A stretch of DNA of 64,000 nt from the human T2T-CHM13v2.0 reference genome, Homo sapiens (GCF_009914755.1 NC_060936.1), one strand, 5' to 3'; shown: positions 13,836 to 27,935, counted from the first letter of the stretch. Notes: generated from the letters alone by a model not told the origin. Translations and numbers: made by a program.

Positions 13836-14319
13836 GGAGGCATGAGAATACAGGCAAAGGGGACTGTATAAATGTTAATGTTTCTCTTTGTCTTTATGAA
13901 ATTTAAAAGGAAAAAAATAAATACAAGCCAAGTTCCTGTCTTAAGTGCTTCATAGTCTGTAACTTTATCTTTTATTCACACTAGACCCTGCCAGAAGTTA
14001 GAAAAAGTAAAAGAGAATGTGGAAGGGAGTGGGAAATGAGAGGACTGAGTTGTGTGAGTAACTCAGGTCAAAAAAGAGATTGCGCCTCTTAGACCTAAAT
14101 TCTTGCCTCCCACAATTCTGGAACCTTCCTTAACCATAAAGTTTCTATCACCTTATCTCCTGGTTTCCACCAAAGAACTCATCATCCTCAGGGAATGACC
14201 ACATGGAGAAAGGTTATCATGACCTAAGAACCATGTCTGACACAGTTAGGATGAAAAGGCCAATTACACCTAGAAGGAAAAAAAAAAAACAACGCAAACT
14301 ACTAAAAAGTGTCATTAAA

Positions 14320-14728
14320 AAATAAAATAACCAAATACAATGTATGAACCTTCACACACTAGATTAAATTAGATACTGAATCAAAAAGCAAAAGTTATGA
14401 AAGACATTTTAAGAACAATTAGGGAAGTTGAAATACAGACTGTATATTAAATAATATTATTGAATTAGTGTTAATTTTCCTAGATATGATAATGGTATTG
14501 TGATTATAAAGAAGAACATTCTTATTCTTAAGAAATGCTTGCTAAAGTGTCATGATGTCTGCAACTTACCTTCAAATGGTTCTAAAAAAAAAAAGAGGGA
14601 GAGAGAAAGAAGGTACAGTCAATGTGGCAAACATTAACAGCCGGAAAATCTACATGAAGGGGATAAGGATACTTCCTGTACTGCTCTTTTAACTCTTCTG
14701 TAGGTTTGAACTTTAAAAAAAAAAAAAA
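14320..14728 (+). mobile_element. L1ME/MC 3' end fragment
   Basis: gatatgataatggtattgtg...gtcatgatgtctgcaacttac...cttctgtaggtttgaa followed by A tail. Confidence 0.7.
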
Positions 14729-15259
14729 GTCTTTTTATCTTTGAATAGTTTTCTTATAATTGTGTCCTGTTTTTTCTTTTTTCCCTCACAGTGTCATGTA
14801 AGGTCTTTTTTTTTTTTTTTTTTTTTTTTCAATTTTTCACAAATGCCTGATATTTCAAGTGATGCCCTCAAGGTCAGTTGCCAGGCCCAAAGCATAAATT
14901 ATCCTAAGTGTAGATGAACGCTTATAGGCACAAAGTCCTACCCTATGAGGATGGATACCACTTTAGAAATTGTGTTTGAGAGCATGAAGTAGTGGGGGAA
15001 TTCATTCTTGGCACTGCTTGCAGACACATGTGTTAATATGCTTGGGGCCACATTCTGAAACTTTTATGGTACCTATTCAACATGGATTCTCTTGTGTCTC
15101 CTAGAGAGAAAGCCCCAATGGTTAATATTCTTCTACATGTCATTATTGGATGGGGCTATATTCTAGCCAATTTATTGAGTCCACATGCCAAATTCCGTCT
15201 TTAGCTGCTGAACTGCATAAATCTGTATTATACTTTGTGAACTGCAAGCCAGAATTTTC

Positions 15260-15553
15260 TTTTTTTTTTTTTTTGAAATGGAGTTTCACTGTCATCGCCC
15301 AGGCTGGAGTGCAGTGGTGCAATCTAAGCTCACTGCAACCTCCACCTCCCAGGTTTAAGTGATTCTCCAGCCTTGCCTGCTGAGTAGCTGGGATTACAGG
15401 CATTTGCCACCACGCCCAGCTAATTTTGTATTTTTAGTAGAGACAGGGGTCTCACCATGTTGGCCAGGCTGGTCTCGAACTCCTGACCTCAGGATCCACC
15501 CACCTTAGCCTCCCAAAGTGCTGAGATTACAGGCATGGGCCACCGTGCCCAGC
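15260..15553 (-). mobile_element. AluS
   Basis: Full dimer, poly-T first. Confidence 0.92.
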
Positions 15554-17899
15554 TCAGGATTTCTTTATCTTGGAATTTTTTTCAACGGGCTCTGGTATAC
15601 CAGGGACACAAGCTGTGCTGACGTGTATAAAACCTTCACAGGACTCCATTTATGCTGCAGAAGAAACTGGATAGCTTTCATCCATCAGCAGCAGGCACAC
15701 TAGCCTCTGCCCACTGGTTGCAGACATCTCTGCTTCCTAGCCCTGCCCCTTTTGCAGGCTGGGTGGCACACCAATTGCTGGTCACTGCCTGGATATGACA
15801 CTGACAAATTTGCCCAGAGAAAAGCTGAGCATGGGAGACATGCCCCACCTTTTAACTCAACCATTATAAGCCTGCTGGCTTTCTGTGCAAGCCCTCTTCA
15901 TGTTAATAGGCTACATCAAAGGAGACCAGGAGAGTTAATGGCGCCCATCACATAGTGAAGTAATCCCATGGTGAGCTCTTATGGAGGAATCTGAGTCCAG
16001 ATTTGGTGTGATAGGGTTACTAATACAGGATTCAATGGTTATGTTTGGGGACAGTCCTGACTTTTTATATAGAAATCACCTCTCTGAAGTATACTAGACT
16101 CACCGCTGCAAAAACTGCCTTCATAGTAAAACAAATAGAGCCTAACCCGAAGATTTAGCAGTTGCTCGTACACAGCTGAATCTGTAACTACAGACATGTG
16201 TTTGGCCTGCCTTACTGCTCGCTTTTTGGTAGGCTGCCAATGGCCCAGTAAGTTCTTTGATTTACAACATTGTGAAGCAACTAGATTGGGCTCTTAAAGT
16301 GGCACTGTCAAAATTCAGAATTCCAAATCTTTGAAAACTACTGAAATAGAAAGAAGCACGCAATGAGTTGTTAAGACCAAACTCATTATTATCATTTTCT
16401 TCATCCCTCAGCAACACCATTGTATCTTTTTGTGATGTCATTTGTTTTTAAATCATAGAAGTTAAATTGACCACAGTAAATGAGATATACATCTATAAAA
16501 CTGAGGCACTGATTTTTTTTTTCTTTTTCAGTAATGAGCCTTAATGTTCACATTGGCTTCTTTGTGTGCAGCATTTGGAGTTAAGGGGGTGCAAATATCA
16601 GTGCGATTTTGCTAAATAAAAAATCTGATACTAGGAGCTGAGCTCCATATTTTATTGCTTCTTGCCCTGGGCATAAGGTTTCTGACAAAGGAATTTAATA
16701 GATTATCCTCATACAATCCATTGTCTGTCTTTGAGTAGGAGTACAAGTATACTTTCAAAAGGGAAGCTGAATGTGAGTAATTATGGTTTTTTAGAAAAGC
16801 ACTGCAGTAGTTGGTATTCTTAAGGAAGAAAAAGGACTGGAAAGTAATGCCAGGAGTTCTCATCAGTCATTCATTAGGGAGCAAATCCAGGATGCCTGTG
16901 TCTCATTTGAGCCATACACATTTTAAGTATTTTATCTCCTTTTTTAAAATATCAAATTGCCACCAAACTGTATTTTGGTTATCCCATTAACTATATGTAG
17001 GAGATAAAATGCATTTAGGTGTGAAAAATAATTCACTTCATAATTCTCGAGTGAAATTTAAGAGTAGCTGAAAAAAAATGTTTGAACCAAGAACAAGTTA
17101 AGCCTGGGTTATTTTTTTCCTTCAAAATGGCTTATATGTTGGGGGGTGTGGCGAGGGGAAGGAGTGGTCCGTTGTTTTTAATAATTAAGTAGCTTTCCAA
17201 AGAAAATGATTGAAATCTAATCCTCAGACTGCTGGAAGCTTTCACATTTCTCTGGGAAGAAGAGTCTTCTAAGCTTGTGTGTTATTGATCTATTAATGAT
17301 GATACTGATTAAAAAATAAAACCTCATTCATCAGTTGAGACACACTCAGGACTATTAGCTGAAAAAACGATGGATGTGGTAGTGTGGTTATACTGTGAAT
17401 CATAGTTCTTGCAAAGCACGCTCTTGGTTCATTATTCAAAATGTATCTTTTATAGGTTTTTAATTTTTTATCTCATACTATTAACTATGGATGGATGGAG
17501 CAAAATAATTTTAAGCATTTTACATATCATTTTCTAAATCTAGGGAATAATTTGTTAGGATATTGTTACAAAAATAGCAGAATTTCAAAGTTATAACACA
17601 TTTCATTTCTAAGGAATTCTCATTGGCATCATTATTGAATCACTTGAAAGTGATTACCTATGTTATTAAATTTACATTTATAGATATTAATTTAATAATG
17701 TACATATTTATAGAATTTATTAAATTTATTTAAATATTCAGTATTTTGTATTTGGCTTTAGGCATATGAGGCAGACAGAATTGTAAGCCATAATACCTAC
17801 CTTTCTTCTAGGATCTTTCAAAGTATTTGCCAGGAAAAAAGACTTACGTTTTTAAAGGTGGTACATTATAGTGCTTGGGAGCTAGTACATTATAGTTCC

Positions 17900-18140
17900 T
17901 GGGATCTCAGGACTGGGATTAAAACAAACTTGGACCTGAGTGCCACACCCACCCCATACTAATAGCGTGACCTTGGGCAAGTCACTTTTCTATATGCTCA
18001 GTCTTTTCTGTAAAATAAGGATAACAATAGAAGCTACCTCATAAAGTCGTTGTGAAAATTGTGAGTTAATATATGTAATATAAAGTGCTTATAATGGTGT
18101 CTAATAAATATTAGACATCATTGCTGTTTTTATTGTTGTT
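17900..18140 (+). mobile_element. MIR
   Basis: gtgaccttgggcaagtcactt...ctgtaaaataaggataacaatag...aagtgctta. Confidence 0.75.
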
Positions 18141-19805
18141 ACTAATATATATTGCATCATACCTAATTAGACTTAATGCTGTCATAAAGTATGCAACATA
18201 ACAACATAATACAACACAAGCCAGACAGTTTCTCTACCCTCAACCCTTTGCACATTCTACTGCCTCACACTGGGTGATCTTACGTGGCTCGTATGGACCC
18301 AACACAACCTAAATGGTGGTGACTCTCACATCTTTATCTCCAGCCCTGTCTTTTCTCTGTGCTCTAACCCTGTATAGCCAGCTTGCTGCCGAACACTGCC
18401 ATTAGGATATCCCATAAGGCACCACATACCACAGTCAGCTCACCATCTGCCCACTCTACTTCTCAGTAGACCTTCACTCCCATTCATGAATAGCTATAAA
18501 TTATTCTGAAGTTCTATGTACACCTTCACCTTTTTCTTCTCCTCCAAGGTAGCAGAAGGCCAGCAAAAGGAAGGGACTTATAACTTAAATAAGTAGAACT
18601 GGGAAGAGGAGGAAGAGGAGATTCTTCCCTTCCCTTCATCCCCACTTCAAGTCATGTCCATGAACTCATTCTGCCAACATTTTTACTGTGGCCTGGCCCT
18701 ATGTGAAGAAAGGTAGTCTCAGATTTTAACTGTTTCACCCTATTTAATCAATAGATATTAACCAAATCCTTTATGTTATTTGTTATTCAAGAGGAGATAA
18801 TAGAGTCAAAGGCTCTACTGCAGCCTGGAAGTGTTGGTTCACCATTCCCAACAAGCCAGCTTTCTTTACCATTGTCATGTTGGCCTTGCCCTAGAAATCT
18901 GAATCACTGCATTATGATATGATAGGCTGAGCTTAGCTGTTTGTGCTGCAACGTGACCATCCCCTGCCAGCTATATTTTCAAGCTGTTTCAGGACCATGT
19001 CATTATTTTGCAAACAAACCAGCTGAATGGTTCAATGTTTCCCACATTCCTTCCCACTACTCCGCCCTAAATGTACAAAGCAACCGATAAACACATGCAA
19101 ACTTGAAATTATTGCAGATTGTCGGAGCCCTACAAAAATTCAGCCCTGTTACTTAAAACAAGTCAAGAAACCCAAATGTATAAGAAGTTGATGTTTTAAT
19201 GGACAGAGAACTCTGTGAAAGGCTTTTAGCTTACAAGTTGGTGGAATGTAGTATCATTTAATGTCCTTGTACTTTAATATTCGCAAATGTCATTTCTGAT
19301 TACAGAATACAGCTTCTCTCCAGTCCCCTGATTCATATTATAGAAAGAACACCAACTTAGTCTAAGGAAAATTGAACCCTCCCAACTGTATTTGAACCCA
19401 TCCTTCTCGCTAACAAGTGTCAGTCAAAACAGAGAGAATAACTAACATCTAAATCTTGGATATGTCTTATTTGTATTTCATTTTTGGGCTTACAGTTATG
19501 ATCAAGCAGCTATTCTTGTTTCTTTTCTGAAAAAAAAAAAAAAAAAAAACACAGCCTCAAATTGCCAAGTGAAACATGATTCTCAAATCTATAGAATTTA
19601 TTAAATTTTATGTATAGATTTTATGAAATGTTTACACTGAATTATGTGTCTATCTTCATATGCTATCCTCATGTTTTCTGCCATAAAAACGTGTAAGTTA
19701 TTACAAACTCAGTGTTTTAAAATACCGGATAGGAGATACAAAAGAGTACCACATACACTCTGCTGATTCCTTTCAGTTTACTTACTTTAAATTTTTTTCC
19801 TGCAG

Positions 19806-19833
19806 GTCATAGAGCTGAATATATGACTACAAG
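19806..19833 (+). CDS. SRGAP1: SRGAP1 small exon (28 nt, phase 1-2): (G)HRAEYMTT(R/S)
   Basis: tttttttcctgcag|GTCATAGAGCTGAATATATGACTACAAG|gtagga; needed to keep frame between the 85-nt and the 103/34-nt exons. Confidence 0.93.
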
Positions 19834-20259
19834 GTAGGAAAATATTTTATCATAACTTATAGCGTATTTTACTTTCTCTTTAACAAGAAGCAACCATTTC
19901 AATGCTGAAAGAATTAACATTTTGTTAATGAATACGGGAGATAGTTTTGGCTTGACAAAGCATAGCAACATGAAATGTTTGGGCTTCTTACAAGACTAGG
20001 TATGTTCTAGCTTATTTTTGTTTCCCTCTGGAATTGTAAAGCTCTTTAATAGGCAGAGACAGTAACAAAAACCTAAGTTAAACCGGCTTGGTTTATCTAA
20101 TCCAGAATACTTTAACTGTTTCTAAATAGCGTGACAGGACTTTTGATTTGATAGTTTAATTAAAAAAAAAATACGACGTGTACATCTACTGCATAAGTAA
20201 GTAGAAAGTACAATTATTTTCTGTTCCTATTTTCCTTTAGTCATATAAACATTAGAGCT

Positions 20260-20600
<341 letters not shown>

Positions 20601-21788
20601 TTAGCTGTCTATATATTCTCCATTTTGATTCACTTTAAACATTTAACTTTTAACACATACTCCCATATTGTACTTTCTTCATTCAGGGGAGGATTGTGAA
20701 GCTACTACAAGAAAGGAAAGCCATTTGGGCAGCAGATTCTGATTTGGGTTCGGGAAAGTTTGTGGCAACTTTTATTTTTCTATGTCACCATTTGTGCAAC
20801 AGACAGAAATTATCTAATTAGCATAGCAAGATGTTGCATTTTTGAAATTGAGTTCTCTTTGAAATAAGACGCATTTAGAACACTGGTATATCTGCTGCAG
20901 TAATTGGCAAGTTGACTTTCAAGGATCTATAATGTTATTGCTGGGCAGCTTATTCATAAGGAAGCCCCTCGTACTTCATGGTAAACCAACTAGAAAGATA
21001 CAGCTCCTGACTTTTCCAAACCTAACAAAAGAAAAAAACACTGAGGTTTTTCTTCACTGTGTCAGTGAAAAAGAAGACTATTACCTCGACCTGGTAATAT
21101 GCAGCTTATAGAGATGTTTTTCACCTATAGCATCTCCTTGCACTATCAATTATTTTACCTGTTGTTTCTCAATTATAATTACTGTAAGGCACTTCAAAAA
21201 AAGAGATTTTTTTAAAAAGCAGAAATGGAAATATATTAATTTGCCATGAGAGCTATAATTGCCAAATAGACTAGATATTCACATCAACCTGACCAGTACT
21301 TCCTCTCATGTGGGCATCCTCTGTAGGAAACCAAATTATCAGGAAGTCATGTGGTAGCCACAGAATCAGAATGAGTCACGCAATTGGAATGTTGAACGTC
21401 CCTGGCTCTGTTCACTTGATGTGGGTGTAGCAGAGCAAGAATCATCAGACCTCTGCCATGGAAATTACTTTGATAAGCACTGAGGCAATTCGTTTTCATT
21501 CCAGGTTCCTCTCACAACTTGCATGCGTTCATATTTACCGTACTATAGAATCCTACAGAGGTGATTTTCAGGCCTTTCATAGAAGACTCAAAAGATATCC
21601 CTCCATTAGCCAGCATTACCCTGCGTCTCCCAGTCATGCGGGGACAATGATTCAGTGCATTGGAGGTTTTTGGCTCCGTCTACAAGATTGGCTTGCTCCG
21701 TGAATCAGTGACCAAACAAAATTCTAATCTGCTTAGCTTTGTCAGCTTCTCCAGATATCACCAGATGTGAAGCTCTCTTGGACCTTAT

Positions 21789-22330
21789 TGTAATAACCAC
21801 ATTTTCTAGTTTTTTAATGCTTTGGTATATTGGGGACTTTCTGACCCCAGAAGTACTGCCCCTCCCGGGATTAGCCAATTCCTAGCAGTAGTAGTAAGAA
21901 CTGGCTTGCCAAGTGTGCCTTTTGTATGCAAGCCAGGTGATCCAGACGACCTACCTCCAACCACCTCCTTCATGGTTCTGACACTCACGGCCACTATTCC
22001 CCTTCCCTAATCACCCCAAGGCCAGGTATAGGACAACTTAGGGATAGTCCCTATGCCCCAAAGCCCACTGGAATCATTCCAACTAGCCTATTCTAAACCT
22101 GCTTGCCCAGCTTCTCCCATTCCCTCCAGTGGGAACCACAATAAAGACTCCTGCCCACATTTTCCTTTGTGCCTTCTGCCTCCTGACCCACCCCGGTGCT
22201 TCCTTCTGTGGCCTCCCTGGTGGTGGGGCACATCCCCAACTCTTTAACAAACTATCTTTTCAGTGGTAGTTGTCTCCTGAACGTTGGCCTCCCCGTACCT
22301 GAATAAAAATGAAATCCACACTTTAAAACA
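21789..22330 (+). mobile_element. ERVL solo LTR, MER54/MER74 group
   Basis: TG...CA ends, cttat/ctttt near-TSD, internal aataaa; homologous to 49616-50062 in the opposite orientation. Confidence 0.7.
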
Positions 22331-23364
22331 CTTTTAAAATAGTGAAAGGAGTGGATGAAATCAAGTATGTAGGGTTAAATGCTTTGGTGGTTGGTTGTTT
22401 TGTTCTTTTTACTCCTATCAGATTATTTCCTCCATGAATGGCCAGAACTCAGTGTATAAAAGAGATCTCAGAAATTTCATCCGTGGCAGGAGATGACATG
22501 TTGCCTGGTAGAAGTTTCCATATTCTCTCCTAGACACTTGCAAAGGCTTCTTTTAACCTCGCCAGCACTGTAGAACTTCAGGTGCTGCTTGCTGTGCACC
22601 TTGTTCATCATATGAGCCCATCTGCTGGGAGGGTCTTAGAATTTAGCTGTGGAAGGCTGTACCAGTAGGTTTGTTTCCATACATGATAGTGTCTAAGGAA
22701 GCTAGTCAGGCTTCCACGTAACTTCTTGGGATCTGGTATATGAACCAGACTTTCTGAACTTAAGCTAAATGAACTAAAAAAGATAAATTTTCCTAGAGTC
22801 TGAAGCTTAATGAAGGGCTTTACACAATTTCCTGGTGTGGTGTGTATCCTCCTATAAGTCTTGCAGTTAAAAAGGAGTTTTACATTAAAACATCCAGAGA
22901 CAGGTCTCAGGGCTCTCCTTCCATGTATTTCATTCAGCACAGTAGTAGAAGTTGAGTCAGGTAATTCTGGCCTTCTTTCCACTAAAGGGAGAGAGCAGAA
23001 GAGGTTCCCTCTCTGCAGTCACAGGGCAAGATGTCACAGTTTCTAAATATACTACATGCTGCACTAGATGTGCATATGTCAGAGAGAATGGTTTATTCAC
23101 CAGAGCAAATGGGCAGACTGGAGAGGAAGAGAGTCTGCAGTGGCATAAACAAGTACATCCTCAGATATTTAGGTGGTGGAATAGTTTGTTCTAAAGAAAT
23201 AATAACTCATGCGAGCCTGTATGTCCCCCAAATTAGAAAAAGCAGTGAACCCAAATTATTTTTCTCACTTGTGACCTATTAATAGTTACTTTTGCATGAA
23301 ATAAAATTCCATTACTGCTGGAGGGGTATCGAACAGATGTGATGTTACTTGCATTGGTTTGCTG

Positions 23365-23657
23365 GGCTGAGTGAGGTGGCTCACGCCTATAATTCCAGCA
23401 CTTTGGGAGGCCAAGGTGGAAGGATCTTTTGAGCCCAGGAGTTCAAGACCAGCCTGGAAAACACAGGGGGACTCCGTCTCTATAAAAAATTTAAAAATTA
23501 GCTGGGCATGATGGCATGCGCCTGTAGTCCTAGCTACTTGGGCTGAGGTGGGAGGATCCCTTGAGCCCAGAAGAAGGTGGAGGCTGCAGTGAGCCATGAT
23601 CATTCCACTACACTCCAGCCTGGGTAACAGAGCAAGACTCTGACTTAAAAAAAAAAA
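23365..23657 (+). mobile_element. AluJ
   Basis: Full dimer. Confidence 0.9.
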
Positions 23658-24082
23658 TTATGTGTACCTAAAAATGTTATATTTAATTCCTCATTTGGGG
23701 ATCTACCGGAGCCCTAATCTTTATGACCGGTTGTATCTTACTGTGTGACTTGTAAACCAAATAACAAGAATGCTGGTTTGTAACATTTGGCCAAATAGCT
23801 AACGAGTCTACTTGGTAGTGCTTATTTTAAAACAAACCAGCAAACAAACAAATGTCAGCTGCAGCATACAGGGAAACAGCAGTGTGAATAAACAATTTGT
23901 ATGTTTTTTGATACAGAAGTGAAAGTAAATAAATGGGAAATGGGAGGGAATGTTTTCCCCTGTGATTGGGGGAGGGGAAGGAACCCAAGATTCCCGTGTT
24001 TTGTAATATTGATGTGACCTATAGATGTTTCATTTATTGTTTGATTTCTGCCATGCTCAGTAATTATATTCCCTTCCCTTAG

Positions 24083-24185
24083 GCCTCCAAATGTTCCCCC
24101 TAAGCCCCAGAAACACAGGAAGTCCAGGCCCCGCTCACAGTATAATACTAAGTTGTTTAATGGGGATTTGGAAACATTCGTCAAG
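24083..24185 (+). CDS. SRGAP1: SRGAP1 exon (103 nt, phase 2-0), long alternative: PPNVPPKPQKHRKSRPRSQYNTKLFNGDLETFVK
   Basis: cccttcccttag|GCCTCC ... GTCAAG|gtactg. Confidence 0.94.
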
Positions 24186-24701
24186 GTACTGGCACCAGCC
24201 ATCTGGGTGGCTGATCTCCATGCTTCTTACTATAATGGTCTCAGCCTCTTGTAAGAGGAGGAAGGTCATTATGTCCAAGTCTGTCCTGGGGCTCTTTGCT
24301 TTCCCAGAAAATCAATATAATATTTCCTGAAGTCAGAGAGGAAAGAATATTTGGGTCGAGTGCCTTCAGAAGAGAGAATAAATGTGAGTATTATTATGTG
24401 GGCATAAAAGAAAGCCCTCTTTCTTTATTTTTTTAAAAAGAGCCATAATTTGTACAGAAAGTTAAAAAGCAACCTGATAAAAATGTTGTATTTTTACTCA
24501 TGCAAATGAGATGGCACAAAATATTCTTTAAAGTCTGCTTGTTAGGATAGCTCTGAAACACAGCAGGAGTTTTGATTTCCCATGACTTGAGGAATTCATT
24601 ATATTGAATGAATTGTAAGACCCTATGATCTATACCTTGTACCTCTGCTGTGTTTACTCTTCGTCTTCTTTTTCATCCTGTATTTCTGATAATGCTTCTA
24701 G

Positions 24702-24735
24702 CCGAGGACGAAGAAACTCGCACACAAGACATCAG
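24702..24735 (+). CDS. SRGAP1: SRGAP1 alternative exon (34 nt, phase 2-0): (S)RGRRNSHTRHQ, mutually exclusive with the 103-nt exon
   Basis: About 80-nt AG-free pyrimidine tract, then aatgcttctag|CCGAGG...CATCAG|gtatag. Same phases as 24083-24185; peptide resembles the short srGAP-family linker. Confidence 0.88.
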
Positions 24736-25264
24736 GTATAGTGCTAGAGGGACGTGAGGGTGCTCTTTCACTGTTGGTATCATTTTCAAGTCGTGCTCAT
24801 GCTTGGCTTTAATTAGATTGTTAAGGTTTTTAAAAGAAAAATGTTTGCATTTGGAAATCAGACAAGTTTATAAATAGGTTTTACTTAGAAACTGTAGCAA
24901 TCAAACACTAGAGGAAAAATGGGCACATTAAACTATTAGTTTTTACATTATGTGTTTGGCAAATGTATCAAGTTTGATCAAGGGCTTTATTAGGGAAAGT
25001 CAATGTTAAATACCAAATACACATTTAATACTGGATTATGGACCCTAGTGTGAATTTTACAAAAAAGAAAAGGGCTTGCTTTCTCCTTTGTAGTTCACAT
25101 TTTATGGCATGGGCTGCGGTGTTTCTGCAAACTAAGTTTATCTGAGAAACCATGTCATTAATAACCTCCCTTAATGATATATTACAGACGTCTTACTTTC
25201 TTAGGTCTGTTTATTGAATATGTGTACTAATAATTAAATAAATGTGCATGTGGCATGTATAAGG

Positions 25265-25283
25265 ACATACATACATATATACA

Positions 25284-25314
<31 letters not shown>

Positions 25315-25320
25315 GTACAT
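25265..25320. repeat. (TACA)n tetranucleotide repeat
   Basis: Read directly. Confidence 0.92.
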
Positions 25321-27740
25321 AGATTAAAAACCTCTGGCAGCCTTAAAAATCAGCCCTACTCTGGAATTAAGTGGAAAGCCACTGAAGAACCTAAATAGCA
25401 GTTACAGATCTACTGCCTTAAGCCTTAAATCCAGAAGAACCTTATTGGCTCTAATTTAATATAAAATTATTGTCAAATTTGATTACCTATTTTCCCAGCC
25501 CCTGGCTTATAAGCAGGGACAAATTATATGGAGAGAGAGGAACGATAAAATGAAAGCAATGAGATATGCAGCTGATGGCCTGGCAGAGAAAGAGAATATA
25601 GAAAAGCTGCAAGAAGCAGACGTAGGATTCTGTTGTATTTGATAATACAGTACGAGAATGGCTGCTTAAGATGATAGAAAAGCACATATTACATATTTTT
25701 TCAATTTTTCATTAAGAGCAGTTAAATGAAAGTAAATTGAGGTACCAAAGAATAAATAAACCAGCTATCATGGAAAATTCACTTATAGGAGCTCTTCACA
25801 GCCCAGATGGCACATTGAAGAATCTTTGGTAATAGAAACAATACAGAGGGCTCCTTTCCACTTCTAAAAAGGGCTTGATCACTTGCAATCTCCACAATGT
25901 CACTGTGAAGACAGCAAGAGCAAAACCATTTTTTCTCTTTTTTCTCTTGGGAAAACCGACACCAAGGGATTAGTTTGAATGATAGATGGAATGCACCCCC
26001 ATTGTTCTTATAAAATATTTTCTTATGTTTTCTACCCATGCATCTGAAATCTGTAAAATTAAATTAAATTAAATCACATATACTCATTACTTTTTGACTA
26101 CAAAATTAATTATATCTGAATGAAATACTGATCATAGCTTTTTTAAAAAGCAATTAGTAAATGTAAACACAAAAACATTTTTTAAAAATATGAAAACCGA
26201 AGACATTTTTTATTGAGAACTTTCTTAGTGCAAACATTTTCCTTTTCATAACCTTGTATTCTTTGCTTTTCTTTTTAATACTAAATTCAGCAGAGATGTA
26301 AACTAATGATCTCTTTTTATCACTTACATTTAAAAATATGTTGCTTTCAGATTAGTGTTCCATGAATTGTTCGTATAGTTTACTTCCCCTAAAACACTTA
26401 TATCTTAAAGAAAAATCCTTTCACATATTCAGTAAGTTATGATGTAATTACATTGCTGTTCCTGAGCCAACTAGTCCACACTAAAATGCGTTTTTATTCT
26501 TAAGACTCTTCTTTAAGAAATTAATAAAATTTGTGCTCCTAAAACAAATTAACTAATTAGAAAAACTTAATACAGTCTCCAGAAGTAATTGAGCCATTAA
26601 CTGGTTTATACACTGATTAGATTGTGTTAAAACCTAAAATAAGACAATTCCTTAAGAAGTATAATACCCATTCCAGGAATAGTAAAGCGTTTAAATTGCT
26701 GAACTGCATTATTCTTAATCCTTCCCCCACTGCTTAATTGGAAAGGTTAATGGATTCTGAATTGTTCTAATATATTAAGACAACCAACTTTTTCTTGCAT
26801 TTCAAAATAAAATTCCTCACGAATTAATACCTGATGTCAGCTAACCATTTTCGAGCCCTGTGGTTTTGTTTTTTTGGCTTTCTTTTTAAAAAAGATCTAA
26901 TTCCTGAAAAAGCAGAGTCTTAAAAACACATGAAAAATAATTCTGTAGTCAGTAACCTTCTTTAACTTCATGGAGTACATGGCATTGGTACATATTTAAC
27001 TGTGGCCTCAGCAGCCCTTCATCTCATTTGTCATCCTATACATGTTTTAAAACACTGCCACGGTTTACATTTGTTCAGTAGAAGGCAGTGACTGTTTTAC
27101 AAGATGTGGGGAAAGAAGGCCCAAAAATGTTCCTTTCTAAAAAAACAAATCTGCGATATACAGTTGTGCCATTTTTTTCTTATTCCTTAAAATATGACAA
27201 TGTATGAATGAAAAATCTGTAAGTTCTGATGCAAACTAAGTAAATACATGTTTTAATTATCTCTGTAACAATTCTCATATTATGCATCTATAGATATATA
27301 GATATGGAAGCCCTTTTATGACTTGTCATCTAGGTGATGCACTCTCAGGGATGTCAGAGAGAGAATCCTGAGATGGCTGAAAGGTTGTCTTTCATGATGA
27401 ATATAGCGAATCAAACTGAAGATGCTATGATTATAATACACAGAGTTCTTTTTAAGTCCATTAAAGATTGGTCACTTGTATAAATAAGCTTTTAAAAATG
27501 AGTTATTCACATATTCATTTTGGTATGTAAGTCTTAATATAAGAAAAGAGATGAATTAGGTTTTGACATCTCTAGGCACAGCAAAGTAAGTTGAAACAGA
27601 ATTGCCTTAAATGTATTTAACTTGGTTTGCTCCAGAACTGCAAAAATCCCTCTTTAATTACTGTTAAACTCTAAGCCTTATTATTATGAGGCATTTATAC
27701 CTCTCCCTTGAGGTTAACTGGTTTCCATCCCTTTACCCAG

Positions 27741-27801
27741 GACTCAGGACAGGTTATTCCCCTCATTGTGGAAAGCTGTATTCGGTTCATCAATCTCTAT
27801 G
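27741..27801 (+). CDS. SRGAP1: SRGAP1 exon (61 nt, phase 0-1), RhoGAP: DSGQVIPLIVESCIRFINLY(G)
   Basis: ctttacccag|GACTCA ... CTCTATG|gtaagc. Confidence 0.96.
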
Positions 27802-27935
27802 GTAAGCCATAAACTACAGAATTCTTATTTTTTAAAAAATCACTTGAAGTGTTTCAGTAAATTTACTTCCTGGGAAAAGAGGGACCTAGACAATGTGATG
27901 GGGGTTTTATCCTCTTTCCCTTCTTTTCTCTTTAG

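Noticed and set aside
22608-23282. Cluster of overlapping ORFs in unique intron sequence
   Set aside because: No homology I can recognise, no consistent splice signals, lengths within chance expectation.
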